64,000 nt of DNA from the human T2T-CHM13v2.0 reference genome, Homo sapiens, in the NCBI RefSeq assembly GCF_009914755.1, contig NC_060925.1, one strand, 5' to 3'. The translations under genes and the position numbers were made by a program. Positions 12,699 to 36,420 of this stretch are shown here, one piece after another (within the stretch, counting starts at the first letter, position 1; every line of letters begins with the position of its first letter). The notes beneath the pieces were generated by a model. It saw only the letters and a list, made by a program, of their open reading frames with translations. It did no database searches and had not been told where the DNA came from.

Positions 12699-15106
12699 GT
12701 ACCACGCTGGCTGGAGGCACACACCAGGAACTCCCCGAGGCCAGGATCACCTTCTTTATGCAGTTTTCTTTCTGCAGCACCCCACAGACCATGTGGTCAG
12801 CATCAGACAGGCTGCATCTGAATCCTGGTGCAGCCACCTCCTAGCTGTGTGATTATGCACAAGTCACTTATGTCCTTGAATCTGAGTGTCCTCATCTGTG
12901 AAAAAGGGAATAAGCAAATCTACTTTCTAGAGTTGTAGGAGGAAGGAGATGCCAGGCATAGTTCCTGGGCACGTGGTAAGTACCTCATAAAGACTAGTTT
13001 CTTTCTTCCCCTTGTGATGGCAAGTTTCTGTACCTCTGACTTTCAGGCTAGTGTGCCCCCCAAGAGCAGGTGCCAGTTTCACAAGATAGGCAGCCTTACC
13101 AGGGCCCATACCCTCCTGTAGCCAATCACTTCTGGGCCTGTGTCTTAGACAGGATATCTTTTCTCCTAGCTAGCTGAAATCTCATCTGCTGCAACCTAAA
13201 TTGCATTCTAATCTGGAGAACAGCTGTGCCCTTCCTTTAGCTAATCACCTTCTCATTCCTAACCAGAAGCATGGTCCTTATTCAGGGAGTGGGGAGTGAG
13301 GCTGACTCATCCAATTAGGACTGAGGCTGCCAGCAGACCAAGGAAAGGGTAGTTCCTCCCCCAGCATAGAGAAGCCTCATTAGGGCCTCCTCCCCACCAG
13401 TCCCAACATCAGCCCAGAGGAAGGATTTAGAGCTCACGTGGACTTGATGGGAGATGGTATGACACAGTTGCCAGCAGTCAGAACCAGGATCTGTATGTGA
13501 TCATGTGGCACTGCTGCCTTGCAGGTGGAGGGCTGGAGTCCCGCAGAATGGCCTCAGTTATTCAGGTTCCCTTCCTGACCACGCAGCCTTGATTGGACAG
13601 TTGAATCAGCCACATTCCTTCAGCTATCCTCCCTGCTCCCTCCCACTCCAGTGCATAGCTGGTGCCTGGAACCTAGAGGGCCTTAGTGGGTATCCATTAA
13701 CGAATGCATCTGTTCATCTGTAAGCAACTTCCTGCCTACTTAGGTAAAACTGGGACATTGGAAAGTGGACCCCAGATATGGGATGATGGGTAAAGGGAGG
13801 GAGTCATCTTCGTTTTCAGACTCAGGAGTTGCACAATGTAGAGAAGGAAGGGTTGGGAAGCCACACGCTCCTCTGCTGTTTAGTGCGTGCGGGAAGGTAT
13901 GCTTCTCAAAGACCTCAGCTACTTCCCTGTGCTTACTGAGGAAATCGTAAGAGGAAATGGGGCTTACAATAAAGCCTGAGGATTTGAGTTATAAACAAGG
14001 AAGAATTTCCTGACCAGCAATGTCAGAAACCTGAAACACCAGCATGAGGTGAGGTGAGAGGCCACGGAGCTGCCTCCTGTATTGCCGCCCGGGCCATACT
14101 AGAAAAACACAGGACAGTCAGAAGACCTCTGCTACGTCTTGTTACGATGAAGGCTATGACCTCCAGCCTACGTTTTGTTGTAACCGGGCTGTGCAACTAT
14201 GGGCAAGTCATATCCATTCTGGTGCCTGTCAAATTAGAAGGAAGGAAGGTGAAGAAGAGAGCAGCTGGGGTCCCTCCCAGCTGGAGTATTCTGTACTCTT
14301 GGGGTGCTATACAGGCGGGGAGCCCTAGAGAAAGAAGCATTTAGCCATAGTGACAAAGCAGCAGATTCTAGAACGAACACCCTCACATTCTGCCAGGTGA
14401 TACGATCGCAGAGGTCTGGCCCCACCAGCTCTCACAAGCGCTGCCAGCTACCCCAGGTCCAGTCACCAGTGAAGACTTTATCAGGGCTTCCCCTGGCTAC
14501 CCTCTCTTGCTACCACCACCCTCCTTTCTCTCCAATCAGCCCAGGACAAGGGGGTGCCTTGTGACAGCTGCAGCTGTGGCGAATGGGCTGGCTCCCTATA
14601 GACCTTGGGCACCCACCTGCTTCCTGTTGGGTTCTGACCTTTCTGGGGTGCCTGCTGCCAGGAGAGTATGCAAGGGTGGCAGAGGATGCAAGAGCTCAGG
14701 TCATCCCGACATGGCTCTTTCTCTAAAAGTGAAAACGTGCCCATTTGTCCCAGGTCACCAGGCTGGGGCCCTTAGGGGGCCTAATCTTCACCCCTTCTCA
14801 AGTAGAGGACAGCAGAGCCTTTATGAGGGCAGCTCTGCAGAGGAGAAAAGGCTATAGGCTGGGGAAGGCTGCAGCAGACCACTCAGACACGGCTCTTTAA
14901 ATGCCCATTAGTAAGTTAATATTGCCCCTTCCAAAGTCAGCAGCATCCTCCATTCTTCTTAATTAAAAAGAGCTCCACGTCCTGGCAGAGCTGAGAGACG
15001 GCTCTGAATGATTTACACACCAGCCCTGCTGCTTCCAGCTGGGAAATCAGCAAGGAAGATTGATTGGCAGATGGGCCAGCCTGCCTATCATGATGGCGTG
15101 CGTGCC

Positions 15107-15179
15107 TGTGTGTGCATGTGTGTGTGTGCATGCATGTGTGTGCGCGCACGCATGTGTGTGTGCATGTGTGTGTGTGTGC
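15107..15179. repeat. 73-bp alternating purine-pyrimidine (TG/CA/CG) tract
   Basis: Read directly from the sequence. Confidence 0.95.
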
Positions 15180-15524
15180 TGAGGCACTGGGAGCTGGCTC
15201 TCCTTCTGGCAGGCTCTAAATGAGCAGGGCCACAGACCCACAGTCCAGCCCCATGGGGCTCTGCAGGCCTAGAGGTAGAGGGCCTGCTAGAAACAGAAGG
15301 CTAAACAAAAGGCTGGCCTGCTCACCCTCACCGGAGTCCCTCTTCCTAGGAAAACTGCCTTATTTGGAAGACAAAAGCTCATTTGTTGTCTCATCCCCAC
15401 CCAGGAGAGAAGGGGCCACTCCCCGAAGATTCCTCTTGTTTCCACATAGAGATTCCTCACCTGGTACATAGCATATATTGGGCTTTTATTTGATCATCAC
15501 TGCTCACTTTAAGAGCAGGCTTTC

Positions 15525-16238
<714 letters not shown>

Positions 16239-17445
16239 GGAGGTTTTCTCATGGCCTGCCTCTCCTTCCTTGCCTCCCTCCTAACTCCAAATTTTGTCTG
16301 ACTCTGACATCCAGGCGGATCCAAGGCTGTGGGCCCTTTATGGGGCTGGGAAGAGGATGATGAGGTTCACAGTTTAGGCTGTTTAGGCTGGCATGACACT
16401 CAGCCCGGGCCCTCCAGAGAGCCGGGAAGTGACAGCAGTCACCCTGAAAGGTCCCAGGCCTCTTTGCTTCTCCCAGCAGGCCTTGAGGCAGCCTTGTTGT
16501 CCATCCCATGCCTCTACTCACTTCTAAGAGCCCACCAGCCTCCCTGGGTGCCAGAGAGGGAGGTCCCGCTCACTCTCCAGATGGAAGGAGGTGCCAGGTC
16601 ACTGGGGCAGGACCTGTACAGAGGTAGGGAGTGGCTTTTGCTCTCTCCTCACCTCTCCCCTTCTCCTCTGGCACTTTACATTACACACACACACACACAT
16701 ACACACACCCCTTGTTCCCAGAGAAAGGACCAGACAGAGGCACACTGGAGAGGAGGGGGTGGGGACTGGAGCCCAGGCATCATCCAGTGCTTTGCTTTCA
16801 CCCCCGCTCCCTAGGGAGACGGCAATCTGCTGCAGCAGCAAGGTTGCCATCTGGCGTGCTGACCTGTGCTCTCTGTGCTGGAGACGGGAGAGGGCGGGGA
16901 CGCGTGATGAGCTGGCTGCGAGTGTGTTGTGTATATGTGTGTCTAAGAAGCCATGAGAGTCTGGAAAGGTGAGAACCAGGCCAAGCTTTGGGTGAATCAA
17001 AGGATCTGCCTGTCCTCATCACTCGGCACTCCTGGGGCAGGTGGGTGTGTACCTGAGGATCTCTAAGGAGCCCCAGGAAGCCTGCATTTCTCTCCCAGTG
17101 AAGGAGGGAGTGGCAGGGCCTTGGCCCTTGAGCATCCTCCTGTAGCCTGTCGCCAGGAGAATGTGGCTGCCTGCTTAGCACCCAGGAGCTGCCAGTCCAT
17201 CCCTGCACATCACTAGGCAAGAAACAGAGGGACAATTTTATTCACACCCAGACCTAACAGCTGCCCCCCACGAGGAACCACCACTAGGGATCCAGTGTGT
17301 CCTTTGTTCCTCTCTAGTCCTGGCCCAGAAAGGACTATTTTCTTCCTTGGATGCCATCTCCCTGCTTTGGTCCCAGTCTTGGGAATTATGTTCTGAGAGA
17401 TTCCTTGATAAAAATCCTCCCTAAATCACAGGTTGTACCTCAGTG

Positions 17446-18048
<603 letters not shown>

Positions 18049-18773
18049 TGACACGGCAATATCTAGTGGCAATAAAAGGAAACAAACATTTTGAGGGCCC
18101 TTGTTGTATACCAGGGACATTTACTCTGTTTATCACATAATCTCTACAACAACCTTGAGAGAAACAAGCACTAAGAGGTCTATTTACATAAGGAAGGAAT
18201 GGGAGAGATTAGGAAACTCACCAAAGCTATTAGAGTTAGGCAGAACAGGATGCTGGATTCAAACTCAGATCTGCCTAACCCCACAGCCCATATCCTCTTC
18301 AGGCCACCATGATTCTAAGATGACCACCAGCAGCCCAGCGAGGACCCACTCAAATGGCTGCTGGTTTGGGCTACCCCCATGAACAGGCAGGGCAATTGGG
18401 ACTTAGGCTTTAGGGATCCAGGCCCCACCTCAGCTCGCTCCACCTCAGAGCCTGGTCCTGAGCATGGGCCACAGACAAGCCAACAATAGTGACAGCTCCA
18501 CATCAGCGCCATCTCCCTTTTCTTGCCTCTTTCCTCAACCTTTGCTATCTATTTTCATCACCTTTTAGCTTTCTTTGGAAAGATTAAATTTGCATTTAAA
18601 TAGAAAACCTCTTGAATGACTCTGATGTAACTTTAGGTACTAATTACAAATTCATTCCTCTTTAAATATTAAGGCACTTCAGTTCATCTCAGGGGTGATG
18701 GACAGCAGCAATGCTTGGTATTGATGTGTAATGAATATTGAGCTGTTTATTGCAAAGCGCTTACAATCCCTCA

Positions 18774-18787
18774 CCAGCAGAGGGCAG
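18774..18787 (+). promoter_or_regulatory. CTCF-like motif
   Basis: CCAGCAGAGGGCAG matches the core consensus. Confidence 0.55.
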
Positions 18788-20239
18788 ACAGGAGATGTTC
18801 TCAAGACCTATATGGGAGATGTCTTGGGAGCCTAAAATCTGCTAAAAATAAATATCTGTAAGCAGTAATCCTTGAGAGAAATTGGAAGATGGCCAGTGGG
18901 ATGGAAGCTGCTGGGGGTAGGGTGGGAGCACCCAGAAGTCCTCGGGTTGCCAGTTTCCTCAGTTGCTTATAAGTGTCTCAAGGCAGGTGCATTCATCACT
19001 CTTTCCCATCACCAAAACTAATGCCTGGCATTCAATGGGGACCCAAGGAATATTTACTGAATGAATGAGGGAATGAATGAATGAATGGATGAATAAGGCA
19101 ATTAATCATGATGGGAGAGATCATTCATTCAACTACTATAATGAGTCAGGCATTGCACTTGATAATTTACGTAAGTCTCTTTGTTAAATGATTGATTCCT
19201 TTGGATATTTCCCAGGGTCATGAAGATGACGCACAAATTCTCCTTTCTCCTGAAGAATTGCACTTGGTATTTTACCTGCTGATTTCATAGGTGACAAAAC
19301 AAACTCAGAGAGGTGAAGCAATTAGCCTCAGAGCACCCAGTTCAATCTGAAGCTCAGCCAGGACCCAAACGCTGGTCTCAGGCTCTGAGCCTGGCTCTCT
19401 ATAAAGTGTATCACTCCCCCTCATCCTGGTGCTAGGCTGGTTATTCCAGTGTTCACAGTGTCACACCCTAATCTTGGCCCTTGTCCTCAAGATGCTGGGA
19501 GCCCAAAGTCCAGTCCAGCCTCTCAGCCAGGCTTAATGCCTGGGCTCCAGCCAAACCACTCTATTGCCTGATGCCCAATAGGCCTTTCATTTCCTGCCTC
19601 CATACTTGGCTTTGTGCTTTCTGCTTCACATGCTCCTTCCTGCTTGTTGACATTCTATTCATCCTTCAGGGCTTGGCCTGAATGCCGCCTCCTCCACGCC
19701 TTGCATGATCCCTGCAGGCAAGAGTCATTTTTCCCGTTTCTATAGAACTTCATCTATAACTATGTTAGCATGATAATAACCACCACTCATTATTCTAAAC
19801 ACCACACTACATTCTTTACATATTTTGTATAATTTGAACCTCATAAAAAGTCAATAATAACAATAATAATCATCTTTAACAAGTATATGGTGCTCAATAT
19901 GCGTCATGAACTGATCAGAGTTTGGTGTGTGTGTGAGTTGTGTGTGTGTATAATTTAGCCTATAAAGTAGGTACTATTATTATTGTCATTGTACAAAGGT
20001 GAAAACTTAGACTTAGAGAGGTTAAATGACTTGCCCAAGGTCACACAGCCAGAACAGGGATGTGACATCTAGCTTGCCTGGCCCCGGAATCCCCATACCT
20101 GTCTATGTAGATATTCTTTCTTACCAGATGGTAAGCATCGGAAGGCAGGAACCATGTTATGTGCCATTGCTGTCAAAGCACTTTCCCTTCGGAGCCAAGC
20201 ACAGCAATGTGTATGTACATAGTAGGTAGTCCATAAGTT

Positions 20240-20510
20240 TTAAAAATCTTAATTTTAGACCCAGGGGCATGTGCGCAGGTTTGTCACAAGGGTGTATTTC
20301 GTGTTGCTGTGGTTTGGGTTTCTATTGATCCCGTCACCTGTATAGTGAACACAGTAACCTAATAGGAAGTTTCTCAGCCCTTGTCCCCCTCCCCCCCTCC
20401 CTCCTTTTTGAGTTCCCAGTGTCTATTGTTCCCATCTTGATGTCCATCTGCATCCAGGGTTTACCTCCCACGTTTGTAAGTGAGAATATGCAATATTTGG
20501 TTTTCTGTTT
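20240..20510 (-). repeat. L1 3' end fragment (old primate L1PA/PB-like)
   Basis: taagtgagaatatgcaatatttggttttctgtt signature. Confidence 0.8.
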
Positions 20511-20838
20511 GATATTCCATAAAGTTGAGCTGAATTCGGATCAGAAGCCAGAAGTTCTGGAGGTTGGCTGTATGTTGGTCAGTCTGTGCCCTGGACAGCA
20601 ATCTTTGGAGTTAATTAGCTGGGTTAAAACCAGATGGGAAGGAACCTTTAACTTCAAAGCTAGAGAGGCCCAGCTGAGGAGAAAAGGCCCTTGGAGACCC
20701 TTGTCCCTCCTGACCCCCATGCCAGCCTGTCTACCTGGGCAGCCCTCCTCTCACAGACACCACTGCCTGTCTCCCCACCAGCAGGCCCTCAGAATGCCAA
20801 GGCATCACTCTGCATAGATGGATTGAAATAAAACTTAC

Positions 20839-21290
20839 CTGACTGGAGGGAAAAGGATCGACACCCGGCGATCATCTGCAAAAGACAAAGAAGGGGAGGG
20901 GCCGGGAGAGGGTCGAGCGGGTGTTGGCTCTGAGGCTTGTCCTAGGAGCTGGCTGGGAATAGAGTCGGCAAGGTCCCCAGGGTCCCCAGGGCTTCCTCCA
21001 CAATTGATGAGTCCACTGCTGCTGCCTCTGGCTGATCGACTGGGATGCAGCCAGGCCCCTATGCACAGGGCATGGGGCCAGCCCCGCCCTGAATGCACAG
21101 AAACTTGGGGTCCCTGAGTTCCAGGAGGCGTGACCCCCCTACTGAGAGGGCCTCAGCCAGCTCGTCAGAGCCCCAGTGTCTCCGCGCCTCTCCCTCCACC
21201 CAGTCTCAGCTGCAAAGGCCCGCTCTGCGAGGAGAGCGGGTGAGGGGGCGGACACGCTCACACACACAGACAATAACTGCCATGGAAACT
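20839..21290 (-). promoter_or_regulatory. KLHDC8A: Probable distal non-coding first exon and promoter of KLHDC8A (5' end approximate)
   Basis: Perfect donor CAG|GTAAGT (GT at 20838-20837) at the end of a GC/CpG-enriched, repeat-free block with a GC box near 21245. Fits my recollection of a roughly 21-kb gene span. Confidence 0.65.
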
Positions 21291-22477
21291 AACCAACAAA
21301 AAGAAGATTTAGGGAGCCGGACTCCTCTGCCAGATGGGAGAGAATGGAGGGAAGAGAGAAAGGGGCTGTCCTTTGCAACGCTGCCAGTTATGCAAAGGGC
21401 AAATGTGCACCTCAGCCCTAATCCAACAATTGCAGATTTTTCCCTCCTCAGGGGTGGGGCTGTGGGTAAAAGGCAGAGAAGTGGGTTGACCTTTTTATAT
21501 GAAGGTCCCAAACAGCCACCCCATACCTTTGCCTTTCTATGCACAGAGGAGGCATCAGTGTGGTCCAGCGTGGGTGCGAGATTCCCAAGGAAATGCTCAG
21601 CACCGCTGGCAAAGCGAAACTCGTTCCACAAAGCAACGTGTTTTACCAGGTCAAGCTGAACCTCAGGGGAATTTGATCACTTTACTTGGGCAGAAGGCTT
21701 GAAGGACTTTCTTAGATGAAAAGCCCACTGTTTAATGGGTAGCAAAACAAGGCTTTTCTTCAAGACCAACCTTTCTATCCATGATGTTAAATCTGACTGC
21801 CCGTAGTTTAAAGAAAGCCGGGGATGGAGTGGGGGCTAGCATCGATATGGCTTTCCTTCCGATGGCCTTTAGTTTTGTTTGGGGAGATTTTTCTCTCTGG
21901 GATAAAAGAAAATCTAATGAGGGAACTTAAAAAAAATTCTCTGGAGGTACTGTAAGGGAAATAAGGTAATCTGAGCACCAGAAATCCTGCTCTAACTCTT
22001 TAGCTGTGTGACCTTTGGCAAGTTTCTTCGTCTGTAAAATGGGACCAATGGGGTTGTAGAGAGGATTAAATGAGGTAATATGTGTAACGTGCTTAGAACA
22101 GTACCTGGCTCATAGTATTTGCCATTGTTATGGCTATTGTTGTTAATCTTTCTGATCCTCCCTTTCCTCAGCTATAAAATGGAGCCAGTGACACCAATCT
22201 CTCATGGATTAAGTGTGAGGATGAATCATGTCGTTATAACTGATGGAGTGGTGGTTATAAGGGTGTATACATTTGTCAAAAACCATCAAACTGTGGGTTT
22301 TATTGTGTGTAATTTATACCTCAATTTTTTAAAATATAGGTTTATATCACCAGGTAAAGCAGCCATGAGTGTCTAGAACATAGGAAATATTTATTCCCTT
22401 CTTCCTCCCTAGCCATCTTTTCAGGAAGAGAGGAAAGAGAAAGTGAATGTTAGAAGAAGGAAGTAAAATAGAGAATT

Positions 22478-23980
<1,503 letters not shown>

Positions 23981-25685
23981 TCAGGATCATGGCTCTCATC
24001 CCTCCAGAAATGTTTATATCTAGGGACAGGGAAGAAAGGAGGATGAGTTCAGATTGTGATAACTAAGATAATCACTAAGATGATTGTAGCCCTACATTAC
24101 AATTCTCAATGTCAAACCCTGGAGATGAAGAGGTCTAACATTTAGCCCAGAACCTTTCCAGTGATGAAAACAAACAACGACTCTTTTGGCATTGGTCTGA
24201 TATTCAGTGACAGAATAAAGTTTGTTCCAGCCGAAATTAGCAGGCTAGGGTCCAGGTTAAAATGCAAACAAAGAAAGCAGCCCAGAGGCAGCTGGGATTC
24301 TGGGACACAGATAAGTCACAAAGCTGGGTTTATCTGCAGGGTTCAGGATTGATCAGCTCAGCGTATATTTCCAAGGCTCTTCTCTACTCAGCCACCCCTC
24401 CCAGCTCAAAAAACAAGAGGCCCACACCAAAATATAAAAAGGTGCTGGATCTAAAATCCTGCCTAATTTAAGCTCTGCTCACAAAGGAGGCCAGAGAGCA
24501 GAGGGAGGGGTGGAAATCAAATAAGTAAATGTCAGCCCTGCAGTTGGGTAGAAGCCATTAGCCAGGCAGAGCATCCAATTAGAAGCCATTGAATTAGAGC
24601 AGTGAAAGAAGGGCCTCACGTCAGAGGGCACTGCGGGGAGGGCCGGCACAAGTGGGCAGGAAGGAACGCGGGGTGGCGATCAATGGAGGATTACCGGAAG
24701 ATGTGCAAATGGCAGGAACAGATGCCTTCCAAATGACAGGGCACCCGGTCCAGATACTCTACATAAAATGCCCACATGGTTCCTTTGTCCTCCCCCAAAT
24801 CCTGTCTGAGGGAGTCCAGCCATCTCATGGGCTATTTTGGAAAACACTGCTCCCTTTTGCCTCAACCCAGAGATAAAATGGGCAGCTCTCAGCCACTCTC
24901 GGATTAATCTGAACAGACAAAGAAGGGGAGCAAATCCCTTGGCAAATGGTGCCTGGGAGATTTCATTTTTCCGCTTTGCAGTACAAACCTACTCAAACAG
25001 ATACTAAAATACAAAGCGAAGTTTGTTCACATGGAGATGTTTTTATTTAAAACTATAATATTATTTTATTTTGTAATCAGTAATTGTCAATGCTCAATCT
25101 TTTTTTTTTTTTAACAAATTCTTATTTCCTTGTTCAGAGAAGAAAAAGATTCACATTTCCTTCCTTTCTCCTAAATTAGAAGATTTCAGATTCAGTCTCT
25201 TAGAAGCCACGTAATTTGCCTGTGATGCCCATGTCCCACTGATCCTAGAACTTTAGGGAGAAAAGTCCACTGTGAAAATAAAAATAGAAAGTAGTTCTGA
25301 TTTAGGACAATCGAGTCTTACATATTCATTTAACAACCAGCTAATGGCACCTCCTGAGTACGCAGCATGAGCTGGCAGAGCACATTGGTCTGGTGCTCAG
25401 GAAGCTTCCAGGCTCAGGCAGGGTTAAGACACAAGGCTCGCCTCTGCAGAGTGGAAGGAAGCATGTGTTACGGGACACACAATGGGTCTGCTCTTTGCGC
25501 TTTGGGAGTGGAGAGGAAGAAGTAATCATAACTATCAGAGGATGCCAGAGAAGACCTTGTGGGAGAGAGGGTCTTTGAGCAGGGCCTTTGAAGAGGTGTC
25601 AGATTTGGGTCAAAATGAGTCGGGGGCATTCCAAGAAGATACAGTGCATCGATGTTGCAGACTGGAATGTGGTTGAGACTAACTG

Positions 25686-25997
<312 letters not shown>

Positions 25998-26121
25998 CAT
26001 GACAAGAGCAAATGACCACTCTCATACTTGGAGTTTCCTGCAGCCTGCCCAACTCCAAAGTTGCCTTGTGAGTTCTGAAAGGAACTGGGAATGGCAGCCC
26101 TTGCTTGGATGTCATGTCAGA

Positions 26122-27780
26122 GGACTAGGCACAGTGGTTGACACCTGTAATCCCAGCTCTTGGGAGACTGAGGCAGGAAAATGCTTGAAGCCAGGAGTTT
26201 TAGACAAGCCTGGGCACCATAGTGAGACACCTGCAACACCTCCCACCCCCAATCTCTATCAAAAAAAATTAGCCAGGGACAGTTAAATGTGCGTGTAGTC
26301 CTAGCTGCTCAGGAGGCTGAGGCAAGAGGATCACTTGAGCCCAGGAGTTCAAGGCTGCAGTGAGCTATGATCACACATCATTGCATTCTAACCTGGGAGA
26401 TAGAGTGAGACCATGTCTCTTAAAAAAAAAAAAAAAAAAAGAGCGGCGCTTCTCAGAAGGCAGTAGAGAGACCTTGAAAGTTTTTGAGCCAAGAAGTGAA
26501 GTGATCAGAGCAGTGTTTGGAATATTAATCTGGCAGCAGCATAAACAGTGTTTAGTCCAGGAGAAGAGTTTCATGATAAGGAGATCACATAGTCTTCCTT
26601 TGTGATTATTTGTGGGGCACCCACTATGTGCCAGACACAATGCTAAACACCAGGGGCATGATGGTGAAAAAGAAATGAATAGTTCCTCTCTTAGTGAAGC
26701 TTATGAATAAATTAACAAGCAATTGATTTCAATAAAGGGAGGTGCATTTCATCAGAGAAGAACTTGGCCTACTTAGAAGATTATCAAAATAGCCTACTGG
26801 TGAGAAGATGAGGACCTAAATTAGGGTCATGGAAATGGGAATGTAAGATGTTTTTGCAAAGCGAGATTTTAGAATATATTCAGGACATGATCAAGTGATT
26901 TGACTCTTAATTACAAGCATAGTTGGAGCAGGAGAAAAACAGATCATTAAAATCCAGAGATAACCCCAAATGCCAATTACTCAGGCGTTTCATGCTTCTC
27001 TCTCATCCATGGGTTATGACTGTATTTGTGTCTTTATGCACACACAAAACAGTAAAGCATAGTGGTTTCGAGAAAGAGCTTCAAAGACCTAAATGTAAGA
27101 GCTAAAACTATACAACTCTCCGGAGAAAACATAAGCATAAATCTTAATGACCTTGGAGTAGGCAATGTTTTCTTAGATATGACAGGAAAGCGCAAGCAAC
27201 AAAAGGAAAAAATAGATACGTTGTAGCATGTATCAGTACTTTCTTTTTTGCCTAACAATATTTCATTGTATGAATATTCCATGTTTTATTTATCTATTCA
27301 TCAGTTGACAGGATTTCTTTTAGGGCTGATAAAATGTTCTAAAATTGATTGTGGTGAGGGTTGCACAAATCCATTTGGCAAAAGCCATTGAATTGTACAT
27401 TTTAAATGGCTGAATTGTGTGGTGTGTGAATTATTTCTCGACAAAGCTGTGTTTCTTTTTAAAGAGCAAAGCCTTGAGCATCAGATAGATATGGGTTCAT
27501 ATCCTAGTTCTCTGCTTGACCCTGAATAAATCAACTTTCTGAGTCTCAGTTTCTTCATCTGTAAAATCGGATTATTATAGTACCTATTTCACAGGACTGT
27601 TGAGAGGATTAAATGAAATAATGTGTGTAAAATACTTAGCACAATTCCAGGCATATAAGCTTTATTATTATTTTTTTTATGTTGCCTAGGCTGGTCTCAA
27701 TCTCCTGGGCTCCAGTGATCCTCCCGCCTTAGCCTCCCAAAGTGCTGAGATTACAGGCGTGAGCCAGCGCACCCAGCCTA
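26122..27780. repeat. AluJ (26122-26440), L1M fragments (about 27085-27450), MIR and FLAM
   Basis: Recognisable consensus pieces. Confidence 0.75.
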
Positions 27781-28526
27781 TAATAAGCTTTTAATTAATG
27801 TGACTTATACTAGTAAGGTTGGATGATTAGCAACTTTAGTGTGTGACCACAGACCATCCTTAATTCTAGCACCTTAAGTTATACAAGGGTATTCCCTGAA
27901 AACGTCATGGGACTAGGTATACATTTAGGGAAGTAACAGCTGTGCAATCCCACATATCATTTCAAAGCCAAAAAATAGAGTTCTCAGTTGTCAAAACACA
28001 ATCCTCAGAATTAAAAACCAAAACTAGACGACACTCAGAGTTAAACCAATTCTGGCTTTGATAGCCAAACTCAGTAGGGGGTATTTATATTATCTTCACA
28101 TCCTTTGAGTGGAATTCTATGAAGATATCTTAGGTAGATATGTGATTGACTAAAAGATGGTATAACCAGGAACAGAGCAGTAAGAAAAAGTTCTGTCATA
28201 ATTTTCATAGCTTCCACATATGTTTATTTTCCATCATCTAAATGTGAACTGTAAAAATTAAATGCTTGTATTTACACAAACAAGTTATACTGTGAAAGCA
28301 CAGCTGCCTGTGTACATATGAAAAGATTTGTTAACTAGTTTGATTGGAAAATAATGTAAAAAAAATCTTAAGTAGCAACTTTCACAGTTTAAATTTCTTT
28401 TATTAATCCTCTTGTCCAACTTAAATGAAGAAAGGCTTACAAGTAAAGAGAAGATAAACAACCAAAGGAGCCCGAATCTCGATAAGAAAGTACCACCTGC
28501 ATTAATAATAACTACTGAGGTAATAA

Positions 28527-29870
<1,344 letters not shown>

Positions 29871-30109
29871 CCCCCCCATTTTATATAGATAAGAAAGTGG
29901 AAGCCTAGAGGTAGTTTTCCAAAATCATAGAAGTATTAAGTGGCAGCACCAGACCCTGAGGCCCCTGAGTCTGATTCCATATAGAAGCTTCTCCTTTTAC
30001 TACACCACGAGGCCCCAGTAATTCTTGGCCTGATTTGCCAATGAGGAAGAATCTTAGTCATACTCTCACCTTTTGTCTGAGCAAAACTCATTTGAAAATG
30101 TTTAACCTT

Positions 30110-30258
30110 CTCTAAAGTGGTCTTCGTGAAGGCACACTGATGCCTGTGTCTCTCTCCCAGAGATGCTGATGTAATTGGTCGGGGCTGCAGCCTGGGCATC
30201 GGAGAGCATTAAAGGGTCCCCAGAAGATTCCGATGGGCAGCCAGGTTGAGAACCATTC
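30110..30258. mobile_element. MER5-like DNA transposon fragment (a second one lies at about 42765-42895)
   Basis: Diagnostic gcagccaggttgagaacca end. Confidence 0.6.
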
Positions 30259-30939
30259 ACTTAGGGGAATCTGTGCAGTAATGATTCCAAGCCTTTAGCC
30301 CAAACCTGCATCGTGAAGGACTCCGAGGAAGTGCCCTGATTCCACTTAGCTTTGGCCAGATCAGATTCACCAGTGAGATGCTGGGCCTTTAAGATAAAGA
30401 AGGAAAATGTCCCCTTACCAGGCCTAAGGCATCCTAGCTGACTCTCCTGCTGTAGGCTCCTGTTAGATAAGAAACCCAAACCCGGGGCTCCAAGCCAGCA
30501 ATCCCAGGGTCAGGCGATTGTTTAACCAGTTTAATTGTTGTGTGAACAAAATGTACCACTGCAGCAGTTTCTGGAATTTGATCTCAGAGGGACCGGCTCT
30601 CCTCTCACCTCTGCCTGGTGGCCTGAACAGTAAAGACAGCTGATTAAGCATCCTAGTGCTCTTTCCTCTGGCTCCTGTCTGGTCCTCCAAGAGCAAGGGA
30701 TGGCTAAGCTCCAAAACAGGCTGGGAGAATCGGTGTCATTTCAGGAAATAGACAAGAAAGACATCAAAGGAGAATGACGGGAGTATGATTAGGAGCTGCA
30801 GGAGACAAACACCCACGTGGCTTTTCCTCTGGGGTTCTCTATTGTTTGCAAAAACCACAGTATTAAGACACTCTGCCCATTGTGGGGATCATGGAAAAGA
30901 AAAGAATTTTAATATTCTGAGTTTTAGTCTTCATGTTAA

Positions 30940-36420
<5,481 letters not shown>

